Shown here: in pieces, positions 1 through 16,860 of the stretch
Layout of the letters: each line of letters starts with the position of its first letter
Position numbering within the stretch: the stretch's first letter is position 1
Made by a program: the position numbers and the translations under genes
Source: the human T2T-CHM13v2.0 reference genome, Homo sapiens
Length of the DNA stretch: 64,000 nt
Assembly (NCBI RefSeq): GCF_009914755.1
Contig: NC_060931.1
Reading direction: 5' to 3' (one strand)
Notes under the pieces: model-generated
The model's database searches: none
Told to the model about the DNA's origin: nothing
The model's input: only the letters and a program-made list of their open reading frames with translations

Positions 1-389
1 AAATTAAAGACAATGACTAACCATGGAAATGTTTTCTATTTGGGTATGACACTGTAAAATTTAGTTGAAATGGATACAGGGATAGCAGTTAGAAAACTGG
101 CAGTTCAGGTGAGACATGAATGGGAGTCTTAATTAAAATAATGGCAATGAGATGATATGCAGATTTATATAAAATGGATAGGCTTCATAGGGTCTGTGGG
201 AGCCCTGGAAATGTATGTGAGATTTAACATGAATGTATTTTCCTTGGGACATGGTTCATACATTTCATCTGATCATACAACAGGGCTATTAGTGTAAATA
301 TATATATCACAGGAAAAATTGACAGGATGACATTCTACAAACTATGAAGTTAGATAACTTTAAATTTTATTTTATTCACTAATGACTAA

Positions 390-638
<249 letters not shown>

Positions 639-1914
639 TAATCAAATTTCCCCAAATTTGAAATACATCCAACCAAGGAAGAAAGGAAAAATCCATTGTT
701 TTAAATAAACTTTGCAGTAATTGTTTTTTGTCATCTGGCTTTTAGAAGTTTTGAAATTCTTTAATACTTAAATAGCACATCAGTCTATATTACATGGTTG
801 TAGACACGTTGTAATTTTAAGAATTGCTTTCCAATACAAATTAAAATGACTGGTAACCATTTTAGAAAATATAATTTTTTAAGAAGAGTTTGCACCGTTC
901 TTGAAAATAATTTATAAAGTAGTAACAAATGCCTAATGAAATCTATGTTGGAGAATTTATTTTTTTCTGTTTAAAACCAAGACTAAAAGCCTTCAGAGGG
1001 AAATAGAAATTAACTGTCTCATTTTCCCTGTTTTTGGAAGGATCTCCAAGCTTTTGATTTGAAAAGCTTTTCCTCCACATCAGAAAAAAAATCTGAAAAC
1101 ATCTTTATTCATGATTATCTGAGTTCTTGACCATATCTTCATAACAGTAGTCAATCAGCATTTATTGGCATAAAGAAGAATACTAAAAATATAAGAGATA
1201 GTCATTGGTTTTAAAAAACCTGCAGCACAGTTAGGTAGATGAGATACACATTTATAAAAATTGGTAAAAGAAGACAGTGTATAATTCGACGTTAGATGAA
1301 TGGAGTATGTAAATGTGAGGGCATTCAAAGGAAAGAGAACATTTTGGGCTTTGTAGGTTAGGGAAATAGAATAATTAGAGTTTCATGTCCGAAGACTGAG
1401 GAAAAGAGAGAGAGTTTTGGACATGATCTGTAAAACTCTGCTTCTCAGGTTTTGTCATTTTCTCAGGCAAGCTTGCAACTGTGAAATTGGCTTCTTCTTT
1501 ATCATCTGTCTCATCAGTTCTGTCCTTGTAATGTTTTATGCTGCTCTACTCTTTTGATTTCCATTCTTCATTTAGTGAGGAAGAGGATAAGTTTAATATG
1601 GCAGGCAGTGGAATTTCCAAATAGAAATAACTAGCAAAACTTAGAGGTGTGGGCCTGGACAGTTAGAGATCTGGACACAGATAATTAATTCAGAACCATC
1701 CTTCTAGAGGAGTTAGATTCACAAATATGATAAAATGTAGGTATAGAAAATAAAATTTAAAAATAATTTTAAAAAGAAAAAAATTTAAAAAAATGTACTT
1801 ATAGAGTATGAAAGAAGAAGGTCAAGTGATGGAGGACTTAGTTTTTGGAAGGGTGCACACACACAAGAAAAAAACTAATATATTCATCTGAAAGCAGCAA
1901 GAGGAGGAGGGAGT

Positions 1915-2105
1915 TAATATTTATTAACTGTGTACCGTGTACTGTTTGTTTTATAACCTGTTTCATTTAATTCTCAAAAGACCATTGCAACATTACACAG
2001 ATGGAAAAGCAGTCACTCAGGGAACTTAAATGATTTATTTAGGAGCATAGAGCTAGAAAGTGTTGGAGCCAGATTTCTAACACAGGCTAATCTGTTAACC
2101 AATAT
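1915..2105 (-). mobile_element. MIR SINE fragment
   Basis: Degenerate MIR core (cagatggaaaagc...gagctagaaagtgttggagccagattt). Confidence 0.6.
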
Positions 2106-2240
2106 AAGCTCCATTTTTATTATTACTGAACTGGGATTATAGGATAATACAAACATACATATGTATGTATGTACCTAGTGCTGTGACACTGCACTAAAAA
2201 ATGGTAGCTATTCTTTTTAGATTACCAAACCAACATATGA

Positions 2241-2677
<437 letters not shown>

Positions 2678-3063
2678 TGAAAAACTGGAATAGTGAAGCC
2701 TTAGAAGTCAGAGGAGAAAGCTATTCTAAGAAAGGAAAAAATTGTTGACAGTATCAGATGCTAAAGAGAGGTCATGGTGATTAAGGACCACATTTAGGGA
2801 TCAGAGGCACATTGTCTTGGAGAGTGCAGTATTGGAGATAATGCCAGAGTAGGAGACCCTACTATTTGAGAGTTAAGAGAGTGATGTGGAGATAGAAGGA
2901 AAGAACGCTGGATATGTTTCTTACACATGTCTGATTTTTTATCTGTGCAGTGGGGTTAATAAAACCTAACCCATAATATTACTGTGTGATTAAGTATGAT
3001 AATATTGAAGGTAAATTTGGCAAATACTATATACACATTTAAGTTAGTAGTAGTATATGTAGA

Positions 3064-3670
3064 CATGCCCGCTTGTAACATTTGCAGGGTCTGCAGCAAA
3101 TATAAAGACCAATATACTATATGTACGTAAGTTAAATGAACAAATTATTGAGTAAAATACATTTTGTCCTCCCCCCACTACCCAATGACAAATAATCTTC
3201 ATATGGACCTGGAAGATGAGGTTTAAACTAAGAATTCTCAGATTCTTCAGAGTTACATGCCGGTATATGTCCACATGGGGCAGGCCCACCAGGCCCATTA
3301 GGCCCACCTCGTCTGAGCCTAAGTCCCATTCTCTTCCTACCCTACAATCTATTCTGTACTTTAAGCTGGCTTTACACATACACTTGGACCCACCAGTTCT
3401 CACATTCAAGTGCCATCCTCAAAAAGCAAGAACCAGGGAATGGGTCTGCAGACCTTAGAAGCCAAGCCTACTGCTGTTTGTTCAGGAAATTCCTGGTTTT
3501 AGATTACCTGGAGTATATTCTACAGCCAGGCATGGGCTCATAACGTCCATGCTCTTTGCTCCCAAGGTCTCTTATCCCATGGGGAGGGGCATGGCTGCTA
3601 GAAGGCCAGAGGAATTTCTCCTGAATTTTGAGGTCCAGGATAAGGGCTTGTCTGGCTTGCATCTATCTGG
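3064..3670. mobile_element. Old DNA transposon, possibly MER115/Zaphod-like (hAT-Tip100)
   Basis: GC-richer island whose ends loosely resemble MER115 termini as I recall them; highly degenerate. Confidence 0.3.
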
Positions 3671-3724
3671 ATGTAGGTCATTTATTTGAGAAGTTTGACA
3701 TTGAAAAGAAGGTAAAATATAGGG

Positions 3725-3930
3725 CTCATTTTACAGATGAGGAACCTGAGGCTTAGAGAAGTTAAGTAATTTGTACATCATTACATAGCTGTACATTAAT
3801 ATGTACTACATACATATTACATCGTTATGTAATATGTACTACGTACGTAGTACATCGTTATGTAATATGTACGTAGTACGTATTAAGCGTGAGGACAGTG
3901 AACCCAGACCTGGCTGATTCTAAAGCGTTT
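3725..3930 (-). mobile_element. MIR interrupted by a palindromic insert
   Basis: attttacagatgaggaacctgaggcttagagaagttaagtaattt, resuming at gaacccagacctggctgattctaaagc. Confidence 0.8.
3791..3885. repeat. Cluster of overlapping palindromes and a 22-nt direct repeat
   Basis: 12-bp inverted repeat 3811-3838; perfect 22-bp palindrome 3834-3855; identical 22-mers at 3818-3839 and 3851-3872. Confidence 0.95.
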
Positions 3931-4469
3931 CCTTTTTTTTCTTCAGCTGTCTATTGCCTTTTATGGCAACCACTAACTACTAACCTACTTCTTGCCTCAC
4001 AAGCATAAGAAATGGTCCTTCCCTAACCATTTATTAGTTTAATTGAAGATACAAGAGATGAACATATGAGATACTTTTTATGGCGACATCCGTTTCTCCT
4101 GGATTAACTGTTGAACTCTTAGGGTGGGAAGAACTTGTTTTATTTATGTAGTGGAATTATGTAGTGGACATTGGTGGAAGGAAGGTGGTATACTCAGCTT
4201 GCTACAGACATTAAACACCTGGGCTGTTTGGCCTTGGTGGAGGGTGTCTTGAGGGTGTTCTTCCTTTTATATTTCTGTTTCAACTACCTTAATTATTGAG
4301 AGCTTGACATAAAAAAATTAATATTGTTTAGTATGTTTACATATTAAAAAGAAGTAGCATAATGTTGTGAAAAGATTGTAGACTTTGGAACCAGATCATG
4401 TATTCAAATCAAGGCCCACTGAGGGAACTTTCTGGGATAATGAAAATGTTAATTAAAAAAGTAGTTAAT

Positions 4470-4775
4470 TTTAATTAAGTAAAAATTATTTATATATTAA
4501 TGGTGTACAGCATGGTAGACACACACACATTTGAAATGATTACATCAATCTATTTAACATATGCGTTACCTCATTTTTTTATGTGTGGTGAGAACACTTA
4601 AAATCTACTCTCTTAGCAATTTTCAAGTATACCATATATTTTACTGTAGTCATTATGATGTATAGTAGATCACTTGAAGTTGTTTCTTGTAACTGAAATT
4701 TTGTGTCCTTTGACCAGCATCTCCCAAGGACTCCTAGCCTCTGATAACCACTATTCTACTCTCTATTTCTGTAAG
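4470..4775 (-). mobile_element. L1MA (MA8/9-like) 3' end
   Basis: gtggtgagaacacttaaaatctactctcttagcaattttcaagtata, typical L1MA 3' UTR in reverse. Confidence 0.75.
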
Positions 4776-4791
4776 TTAAATGTTGTATATC

Positions 4792-5098
4792 TTTTTTTTT
4801 TTTTTTTGAGACAGGGTCTTGTTCTGTTGCCCAGGCTGGAGTGCGGTGATGTGATCTTGGCTCACTTCAACCTCTGCCCCTCAGATTCAAGCAATTCTCA
4901 TGCCTCAGCCTCCCAAGTAGCTGGGAATTAGCTGGGACTACAGGCCCCTGCCATCACGTCCAGCTAATTTTTGTATTTTTAGTAGAGGTGGAGTTTCACC
5001 AGTAGAGAGGCTGGTCTTGAACTCCTTGCCTCAAGTGATCCACTAGACTTGACCTCCCAGAGTGTTGGGATTACAGGCATGAGCCACCATGCCTGGCC
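4792..5098 (-). mobile_element. Alu (AluS/J-like) with small internal rearrangements
   Basis: Poly-T plus Alu body ending gcctggcc. Confidence 0.93.
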
Positions 5099-5959
5099 AG
5101 TGTTATATGTCTTAATAGAAGTTTGGGTTATGTTGGCGAATTCATTTATCGGAACTTACCCAAGTGTACACTTGTGCATTTTGCTGTATAACTTTAACTT
5201 TAAAAATACAGAATATGAACAGAAAACAAATACTGAACTCAGATGTTTAGAGATGAAGTATACTGCTGTCTGCAACTTTGAAATGAATAAAAAATAAGAT
5301 GAATTGATGGGTGGATACCTAGATAGATAGCTGGTGGAGTAAATAGAGCAAAATGTTATTTAGAGAAGCTCAGTATTGGCTTTATGGGCCTTCACTGAAC
5401 AGTTTTTTTTTTAACTGTTCTGTTTGAAATTTTTATTAGTAAAATGTTAAAAAAAAATTCATGACCCACTGACTTAACTGCTTTGTGACCCAGTCTTAAG
5501 CTTTCTTTTCTGTAAATTGAAGTTAGTAATACCCGATTTGCACATTCACACGTTTATTCTGAGGATTATAAGATACAGCTTTACATTTTTAAGGCCTCTG
5601 AAGAAATGGATCACTGCTGGTTATTTAGAGTCATCTGTTTAGCCTTGTAGAAAGAAAAACTAAAATCCATTTGTGAAATTTAATATTTTATTACTGTAGC
5701 CTTGCAGATACAACCTTTTTAAAACAAAAAATGTATTACCAACTCTTAAAATTGAACTTGCAATTAAGGTTACTATAATAAAACAGTAATGTTTCCTCAG
5801 TCTTCACCCCATAGTCTGAGGTGTAGTCTCTGGACAAATTTTAAATTCTGTGTTTGAATGTGTTTTTAAATGCGAAAGTAATATATATTCTTTGTAAAGT
5901 GGTCAAGTAATAAAAATAATATATACAGCAATAATCAGAGGTATTTCCTACAACTTCCC

Positions 5960-6290
5960 AGGTATAGTAATGATTAGAGCTATTCATAAATATTGGCATT
6001 CTCTCTCCTGGGCACATGATAGGATTCTACTTCTCTGCCCACTTGAAGTTAAGTGTGGCCATGAGACTTGATTTGGGAAGATGCTTTAAAGAACTGGTGC
6101 ATTCTCTCTGACAGGGAAGTAACTGTTCATTCCTACTCTGTCCATCTGGGTCACTGACAGTGACAAGCATAGCCTTCTTAATGACCCATACATGTAGTAT
6201 GAGCAAGAAATTAACTTTTGCAGTTTTAAGTCATTTGGATTTGGAGATTGTGTAGTTACTATCCTATAATCTAGTCTTTACTAATATGCA
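5960..6290 (+). mobile_element. MLT1-type (ERVL-MaLR) LTR remnant
   Basis: cccacttgaagttaagtgtggccatgagact and atgagcaagaaattaacttttg...ttggagattgtgtagttact. Confidence 0.7.
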
Positions 6291-7472
6291 AAGTATAACC
6301 CTTTTAAACAAATTTTTGTAGGCCTTTCAGAGCATAGTATGTTATTTTTATTAATTAAAAGCTTTTCAAAAGATTCAGTGTGGACGTAAAATCAGTATCA
6401 AAATAGAATGAAAAAAAAAAACCTGAGCACTGGAAGTGGTTTTTTTTTTTCTTAGAGTTTTGCCATTTGCTTAATTAACTTGTTTTCTTAATCTTATTTA
6501 AACATTTAAAAATTGTATCTTTAATGGTTTATTTTCCTGTTATACCTTTATTTGAGTTTTATAGGCCTTAAACTTTTTCTGATACAGTTAGATGCGATTT
6601 TCTTTGTATGAGTAGTCCATCCAAAACAGCCCCTGGAACAGGCTACCTCAGTCTCAAAATGTCACCTCTTTTGAAATGTCTATTAAACTAGAAGACATGA
6701 TGGTGTTAATCTACAGAGCTAATTTTCATTAACAAGCTTTCTGCAAGTGAATGTATTCAGTCTTAACAAGAGAAACCACCACTGCCTTCTTGCTTCTTTC
6801 TTCTTTTTAAATGAGGATTTAAAATGCTTTTGATTAGATTTATATTCTAATAAAATGATGGATTTAATGCTTTTTATATATAACTTGTAAAAGAAAAAAG
6901 TCACTTGCCTAAACATCGAATTTCCACTTTAGGAATCTGCTCCCTGCCAAGGTCAGCATCCTGTCATAATATCTTATAAAATCTCTGTGCTTCTCAGTTC
7001 TTGCAGGGATGCTTAGTGATATATTTATAGACATTCTATAATTATCCCAGAATGTTTTTAATTCAGCTAAATTAAAAGAAGTAAATATTTCAGGTTATGT
7101 ATTTTTGGGTTTTATCTGATTTTGTTTTAAAAATAATGCTTTTTGATGGTAAAATAATCCATCATATATTTGATGGCAAAATAATCCATAATATAGAAGG
7201 ACATGAATAGTAGCCACTAACTCCCTAGGCCTACTACTTAAAAAAAGTATTATTAACAGGTTTTTGGGGGACACATATTTTGAGAAATTTTCTGTACCTA
7301 TAGAAATATATTGTTTAGACATATACACACAGAGATGGAATCATACTTTATATCATATTACTGACTTGCTTTTTCCATTTGATGGATCATGGGCATCTCT
7401 CCTTATAACATATAAATCCCTACCTCATTTTTTTTTTCTATTTTTTAAGTTGTGGTAAAATATATATAACAT

Positions 7473-7669
<197 letters not shown>

Positions 7670-8286
7670 TTAACCATTTTTTAAATGTACAGTTCCATAG
7701 CATTAAGTGCATTCACATTATTGTACAACCATTATCTCCATCCATGTCTAATACTTTTTTACTTTTTCCAGCTGAAACTCTGTGTTTATTAAATACTAGC
7801 TCTCCATCCTCCCCACCACACGCCAGCCTCTGGTAGCCATCATTCTATTTTCTGTCTCTGTGAATATACTCTAGGAACCTCATATAAGAAAATCATACAG
7901 TATTTTCCTTTTTTGTCTGGTTTATTTTACTTAGTATAATGATTTCAGGATTTGACATTGTAGCTGTGTGTCAAAATTTCCTTCCTTTTTAAAGCAGAAT
8001 AATATTCCATTAGATATACATACCACATTTTCTTTATCCATTCGTCTATGGGTGGACATTTAGGTTGTTTCTGCTTTTTGACAGTTGCAAATAATGCTGC
8101 TAGCAACATTAGTGTGTGGGTATCTTTTCGAGTCTCGGCTTTCAGTTCTTTTGTATATATTTCCAGAAGTAGAACTGCTAGATCATAGGGTAATTCTGTG
8201 TTTAAATTTTTGATGAACTGATGTACTGTCTTCCACTATGGCTGTAGTATTTTATACTCACATTAGCAACGCACAGGGGTCCAGTT

Positions 8287-8618
8287 GTTTTTTCTTGTTG
8301 TTGTTGTTGTTGTTTTTTGTTTTTTTGTTTGTTTTTTGAGATGGAGTCTCGCTGTGTCGCCCAGGCAGGAATGCAGTGGCACTATCTTGGCTCACTGCAA
8401 GCTCTGCCTCCCGGGTTCACGCCATTCTCCTGCCTCAGCCTCCCCAGCAGCTGGCACTGCAGGCACACGCCACCACGCCCAGCTAATTTTTTGTATTTTT
8501 AGTAGAGACGGGGTTTCACTGTGTTAGCCAGGATGGTCTCAATCTCTCGACCTTGTGATCCGCTTGCCTCGGCCTTCCAAAGTGCTAGGATTACAGGCAT
8601 GAGTCACCGTGCCCAGCC
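8287..8618 (-). mobile_element. Alu (AluY/Sc-like)
   Basis: TSD aggggtccagtt at 8275-8286 and 8619-8630. Confidence 0.96.
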
Positions 8619-8847
8619 AGGGGTCCAGTTTTTCTACATCTTTGCCAATATTTTCTTTTTTCCTTTTTTAAAACATAATAGTCAACCTGGTATCTTACTT
8701 TGATTTTCGATTTGTATTTCCTAAATGATTAATGATGCTGAGCATCACTTCATCTGCTTTTTGGCCATCTGTATTTCTTTTTTGGAGAAATGTCTATTCA
8801 AGTCCTTTGTCTATTTTTGAATTGGGTTTTTTGTTGTTGAGTTTTAG

Positions 8848-9248
<401 letters not shown>

Positions 9249-9639
9249 AGGTTGCCTTTTTATTCTTTTGATAGTGTACTAGTTTTTAATTTTGATAAAG
9301 TCCAGTTTATCTATTTTTCCATTTGTTGACTGTACTTTTGTTGGCATATTCAAGAAATCCTTGCCAAATCCAGTGTCAGGAAGCTTTCTTCTTATTTTCT
9401 TCTAAGAATTTTAGCCTTTAAGTTTATGTCTTTGATCCATTTGAGTCCATTTTTGTATAAGGTAAGAGTCCAACTTCGTTCTTTTGGATGTGAATATCCA
9501 GTTCTCCCAGCACCAGTTGTTGAAAAGGCTGTCCTTTTCCCATTGAATGGCCTCGACACCCTTATCAAAAATCAATTTACCGTATATGCTAGGGTTTATT
9601 TCTGGCTGCTGTATTTATCACAGTGGTCTGTGCCTTGTG

Positions 9640-11250
<1,611 letters not shown>

Positions 11251-12691
11251 ACTTGGTCTCTTGGTTGATATCAGGGAGAGATTTCAAAACTTGTATTCTC
11301 TGAGAGGTGAGAGATGGGATGGTTAGATCTTAAATAAAATTACATATACTGATACTTCCCTTTCTCCAGGTGATGGTATTATTATATTTGGTATTTTATT
11401 GTTTTAAATTAATTTTTAAAAGTTAAACTGTGAAACATGAGACATGCCAAAAGCACATAAAGCAGTTTCTCTTAATCTCATTAGACTTCAGTCTATGGAG
11501 TTTTATGATCCTGCCTCTATGTCAGCATCTTTCCCTAGAAATCTATTTGTTTTTATTTGTTTTTAAGAAACAGATCCAGACTAAGTAGTTAGCATTTGGC
11601 TTTAGGCAACATTCAATAAAGTTAACTAACTCTGAACTAAAACATATATATTCTTTTCTGTTGACGTCATATTTAAAGTACCTAGCCTTTTCCTCCATTC
11701 CTGAAAGGAGCTTGGTTAGGGAGGACTTTAGTCAAAGGAACAGATGATGCACCTCAAATACTTACTGATATAAAAAATAACTTTCAGTTTTATCACTCTG
11801 ATCAGAAATTCATTTCCTGACCAAAAGTCACACTTTATACAGCTGTCTGAGTTTCCTGTGCCCTTGTCAAAGGGCTTGCTTTTGAAATATATTTAAGAAA
11901 CAGCAGTTGCTGAAACATTTTAGGGGCTGGGGGACTTCTTCATGAAATGGAAGCAAGACTGAAGATTTGACTGTTTTTGCCTCTTAGATTGCATTCTAGG
12001 GGTCTAAATTATTTTTTATGGAGCTGGCCCCTGACTGGCTGTTGAGATCACCTTTACTTTTTCTCTCAGCCATCATCTAATTATGAGACAGAGGATTGTA
12101 GAATCCTAGAGTTGAATAGTTCACACCAAATTAGTCATGTTCCTGGTTTAGGGAGTAATTTCTTTGGTTGCTAAAGGAATATACTCAGTTATATTAATGA
12201 AAGATTTTAACCCATAACTAAAATATTTAACATTTTATTCATTAGTTTCAAATACCATCTCTAAAATTACCAAAGTCAAAATTCTACTTATTAATTTTAA
12301 TACGTTATGTGTTCATTTGTTTCAAAAGTAGAAAGTATACAGCGAAAGGCCTTTCCCATACCCCCGTTACCCTGATACTCAGTTTTCTTCCCTTTACGAG
12401 AAACATTTAGCTGGAAACAAAATTAACCTGTTTTTCTTCATTGCTTTCTCATGCCTTTGCCCCTAAGCACACTCTAGGTAAAATTGTGAAATAGGTTGTA
12501 TTTATTTGGAATAACACTCTTACTCTGGTCCCCTGACCTGTGTTGGTTTTGTACATTGACTTATACATTGGTTCTCAACCTGTTATATCTTGTATCAATT
12601 TTCTATGAAAAATTCCTGTGATAATATTAAACAGAATTTACTGAGAAAGACATTTTTACGTTAGAGACATTATGCCTTAACAGTTAAGATC

Positions 12692-13148
<457 letters not shown>

Positions 13149-13917
13149 CTAAGGGAAAACTTTTCCATGCTATTGGAATTCTAACAGCTTTTGGGGGACA
13201 ACTATTATTGTCAACATAGCCTATTGCAATGAGGATTATATGAAACAATCCATGTTAAGCTTCTAGCACAGTATCTATGACATAACAGACACTGATACTT
13301 ATTAGTTGCCTTTGATTAGAATCAATAGTATTTTACTGTTACCGGGTTTAAATATAATAATATGGAATTAAGTGGACAGGAAAAGTCTTTATTACTAGTA
13401 TCAACTATTGATTATACAATTATGAACATTAGGTCTGGACTGGTAGGAAATGGCATAGAAATGACACAAGTGACCCCAGAGCATGTGAGGGCTGTGAAAT
13501 TCAATAAACAATTTCTGGTAGGTCAGGATTCATTCAGTCAGAGGTAGTTATTGTGTGTTTGCTGTCTTACAAATAAGAAATGGTACTTCAAATCTATAGG
13601 TTCATGTGCAGGAGAGCGTATTTACATTCTTAGGAAAGCTACTCCCTCCTCCATTACTTAGTTATCCTATTGGTGATATTCATGCCATCATCTTAGCACT
13701 ATTTTTATGACTTCAGTGGGTGTTTTTTAGAATGGTGTGAAAAATATTTTTGGCCATATGTAGTAATCACCTGTGTTGCTGATTTTCTGTCAGATGTAAG
13801 AGATTTTAAAACAATAACATGTTCAAAGCTAGCAAGAAAAATGAGTGGGTATATGGTCAACATGACACCTTGAGTGCAGATTCCGTATCTTATTGATTTC
13901 AATTTTTTAGTCTAACA

Positions 13918-14098
13918 CTGGTTTTCAAACTTTAGAATCCATCAGAATAATCTGAAAAGGTTGCTTAAAAAATAAGAAGTATATTTCTGGGCCTTATCTA
14001 AGAGTTCCAGATCTAGTAGTCTGAGGTTGAGCCTGAGAATTTGCTTTTCTAACATGTGATGATGCTGCTGCTCATTTGGGGACTGCACTTTGAAACTG
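13918..14098. mobile_element. MER5A (hAT-Charlie MITE)
   Basis: tggttttcaaacttt...gagcctgagaatttgc...gactgcactttga; 8-bp hAT-type TSD gtctaaca at 13910-13917 and 14099-14106. Confidence 0.85.
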
Positions 14099-15669
14099 GT
14101 CTAACATAATGAGCACAAAACTTAGCATAGAGTTGGAGCTTGATAAAAAATTTGAATATGTAAGTGCTGCTATTGCTGAATTCCTAAAGCTTAAAAAAAA
14201 ACCTTCCGACTTTACATAAAATAAAAATGCAGTCTTAACTTCCACAGTGTTTTGTTTGAGCTGAATTCTGCCTTTTTCTACACTCTTTGCTAATCAGAGC
14301 AGCTATTTACTATATCTGGTTACCACTCTTCCCAGAAAGGCAAAGGATAATTACACTAGAACCACAATCTTTTGTGCTGCTTTGTAATACTTCATCAGGA
14401 TAGACTTTTCAAAATAATATTTAAAGAAGTTTTAAAAGAAGTTAAAAATTGTTTTATTAGTCAAAAACAAATTTTTGTAAACAAAAACAAATATTTGTAA
14501 ATAATGGTTTGTCATTACCTATTCTAAACTTTTTTATAATTTAAGATTAGTCTGTGGTCATAATTAATTCTTAATATAGGTATCATTGATTTTTCAGCTA
14601 ATTACATCTCATTTCTTGCTAGGTTTATCATTGCTATAAGTACTATAAAATAATTAGCAGTCAGTACTCATATTTCTATAATTGATTTATAAACTACAAT
14701 AAATTTTAAGACCAGTGATGAACCACATAAAATAGATTTTTTAATATTTAAATAAGATTAAAGAATTTTGTTATGTTTTTGTTGATGGATTTTTTTTAAG
14801 TGGCTTTAGACTTTTGCACATTGACAAAGCATGTTTTTTGCTAGGAGTTAGTTTGAGCTGGTTTGAAGTTGATAAAACTAAAAAGCATATTGGCCCTTTC
14901 TAGTTAGTGAATAAAGATATACATAACAAAAGCACCCAGTATTTAAGCTTTTTGGTTGATCTAGCCAAAAATAATTTTTCTAATGGTATTCATTTTGAAG
15001 CCTCTTTAGTCCTGTGCAGTGGGATTATTCCCTTTGTATTTTACTTAGAGAAAAAGTGGTTCTCACACAGGTTGGAGCTGGGAGGATGGCCCTAGAGGTT
15101 GGAAAGAAATTTCATAGTCTGGACTTTGGAGACTTCCAGGGAGTGAGAATAGAAAAGGACCCCTTCTACCTATAGGTATCCTTTTTACATAGAGGCTTTT
15201 TTTTTCCAACTACCTTTTTTGTTAATAGTCTTACAGATAGGTTTTAGTTCTGCATTGTTCAAGTGTACAGAAGTTTCATTTCTTTTAAATGATGGTATGA
15301 TATTACAGTTTTTCCTAAATTTATTTAACTGTGGAACCCTTTTTGTCTACTCCTTTTAACACCAAAGGCATGGTTATATGTAGCACTATTTAAAAAATTC
15401 TAGTCTAGATTAATGGACAGAATAACAGACCAGTTGGAAGGGGCTGCTTGCTGATATGAAAGGAAAGAACTTTTGCTACTTTGTGTTATTTTCCTGATTG
15501 AAATGGTAAAACATGTCTCAAATACACAGGTTTAATAAATTGGATTCAAATTAGTCACTTCTGTGACTTCTTAATCATCAGCTTTAAATAGATTTGATTT
15601 TGGTAGCCATCTTTTGGTTTTGTTTTGGCTAAAATAACTCATTAAAAATCAGTGATCAGTGTATAGAAC

Positions 15670-15868
15670 ACTGCCCTCCAATTGAACTTTCTTTAGTATT
15701 GGAAATGTTCTATATTTGTGTTGTCCTATATGACAGCCGGTAGCCACATGTGGTTATTGAGCTTTTAAAATGTGCTAAGTGTGACTAAGGAAGTTTAGTT
15801 TTATTAGGTCCTCATTAATTTAAATCTAAATAGGCACATGTGGCTAGTAGCTGTTGTATTGGACAATT
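15670..15868. mobile_element. MER3 (hAT-Charlie)
   Basis: ggaaatgttctatat...tagccacatgtgg...cacatgtggctagtagct...tattggaca. Confidence 0.8.
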
Positions 15869-16053
15869 CAATCTATAGAATATATTTGTAGATGAGAATT
15901 TTTTTATACTGTTTATTTTAAATTGATGGAATTAAAACTACTCTTTGGGGGATATTTTTGGAAAGTTAATACTATGATGACCTTAAATTATATGCATTCT
16001 ATAGTTACATGATTGAGAGAACTCTTTCAGTCGTTTTTCTTTTTTTTAAACTA

Positions 16054-16860
16054 CAGTCACTGTCACTTCATGAGGGGGATATGTTTTGAGAAATGCATCG
16101 TTAGGCATTCATCGCTGTGCGAACATCATAGAGTGTACTTACACAAACCTAGATGGTGTAGCCTACTACACACTGAGGCTATGTGGCATAGCCCGTTGCT
16201 CTTAGGCTACAAAACTGTACAGCATGTTACCGTAATGCAGACTGTAGGCAACTGTAACGTAGTGATATTTGTATATATAAACATAGAAAAGGCACAGTAA
16301 AAATATAATACATAAAGGTAGAAAATGATACACCTGTATAGGGCATGTACCATGGAATGGAGTTTGCAGGACTGGAACCTGCTCCAATTGGGTCAGTGAG
16401 CGGTGAGTGAATGTGAAGGCTTAGGGTATTACCGTAAACTACTGTAGACTTTCTAAGCACTGCACATTTAGGTTACACTAAGTTTATAACAAATACTTTT
16501 CTTTCTTCAGTAATGTTAACCTTAGCTTACCATAACATTTTTACTTCATAAACTTAATTTTGTTTAGCTTTTTGAGCCTTTCATAATAACACTTAGCTTA
16601 AAACACAAACATATTTTACAACCATAACAAACTATTCTTATTCTGTAAGCTTTTATTTATTTATTTGTTTATTTATTTCCTTTTTAGACTTTTTTTTAAA
16701 GCTAAGACAAACATACACATTAGCCTAGGCCCACACAAGATCAGGATCATCAAGACATCACTAGGTAATAGGAATTTTTCAGCTTCATTATAATTTTATG
16801 GGACCACTGTTAGGTATACCATCCATCATTGACCAAAACATTGTTATGCAGCACATAACT
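16054..16860. mobile_element. Tigger3/MER7 (Golem) derivative
   Basis: TA-flanked; gagaaatgcatcgttagg...acacaaacctagatgg...tagcctactacac; degenerate terminal inverted repeats (TIRs). Confidence 0.85.

Larger units (their letters stand above)
4355..5575 (+). mobile_element. MIR split by an old L1 3' fragment, which itself contains an L1MA fragment and an Alu
   Basis: MIR 5' part ~4355-4410 and 3' part ~5465-5575; TSD-like aaatcaaggcccactga / aaattcatgacccactga bracket the insertion. Confidence 0.55.
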
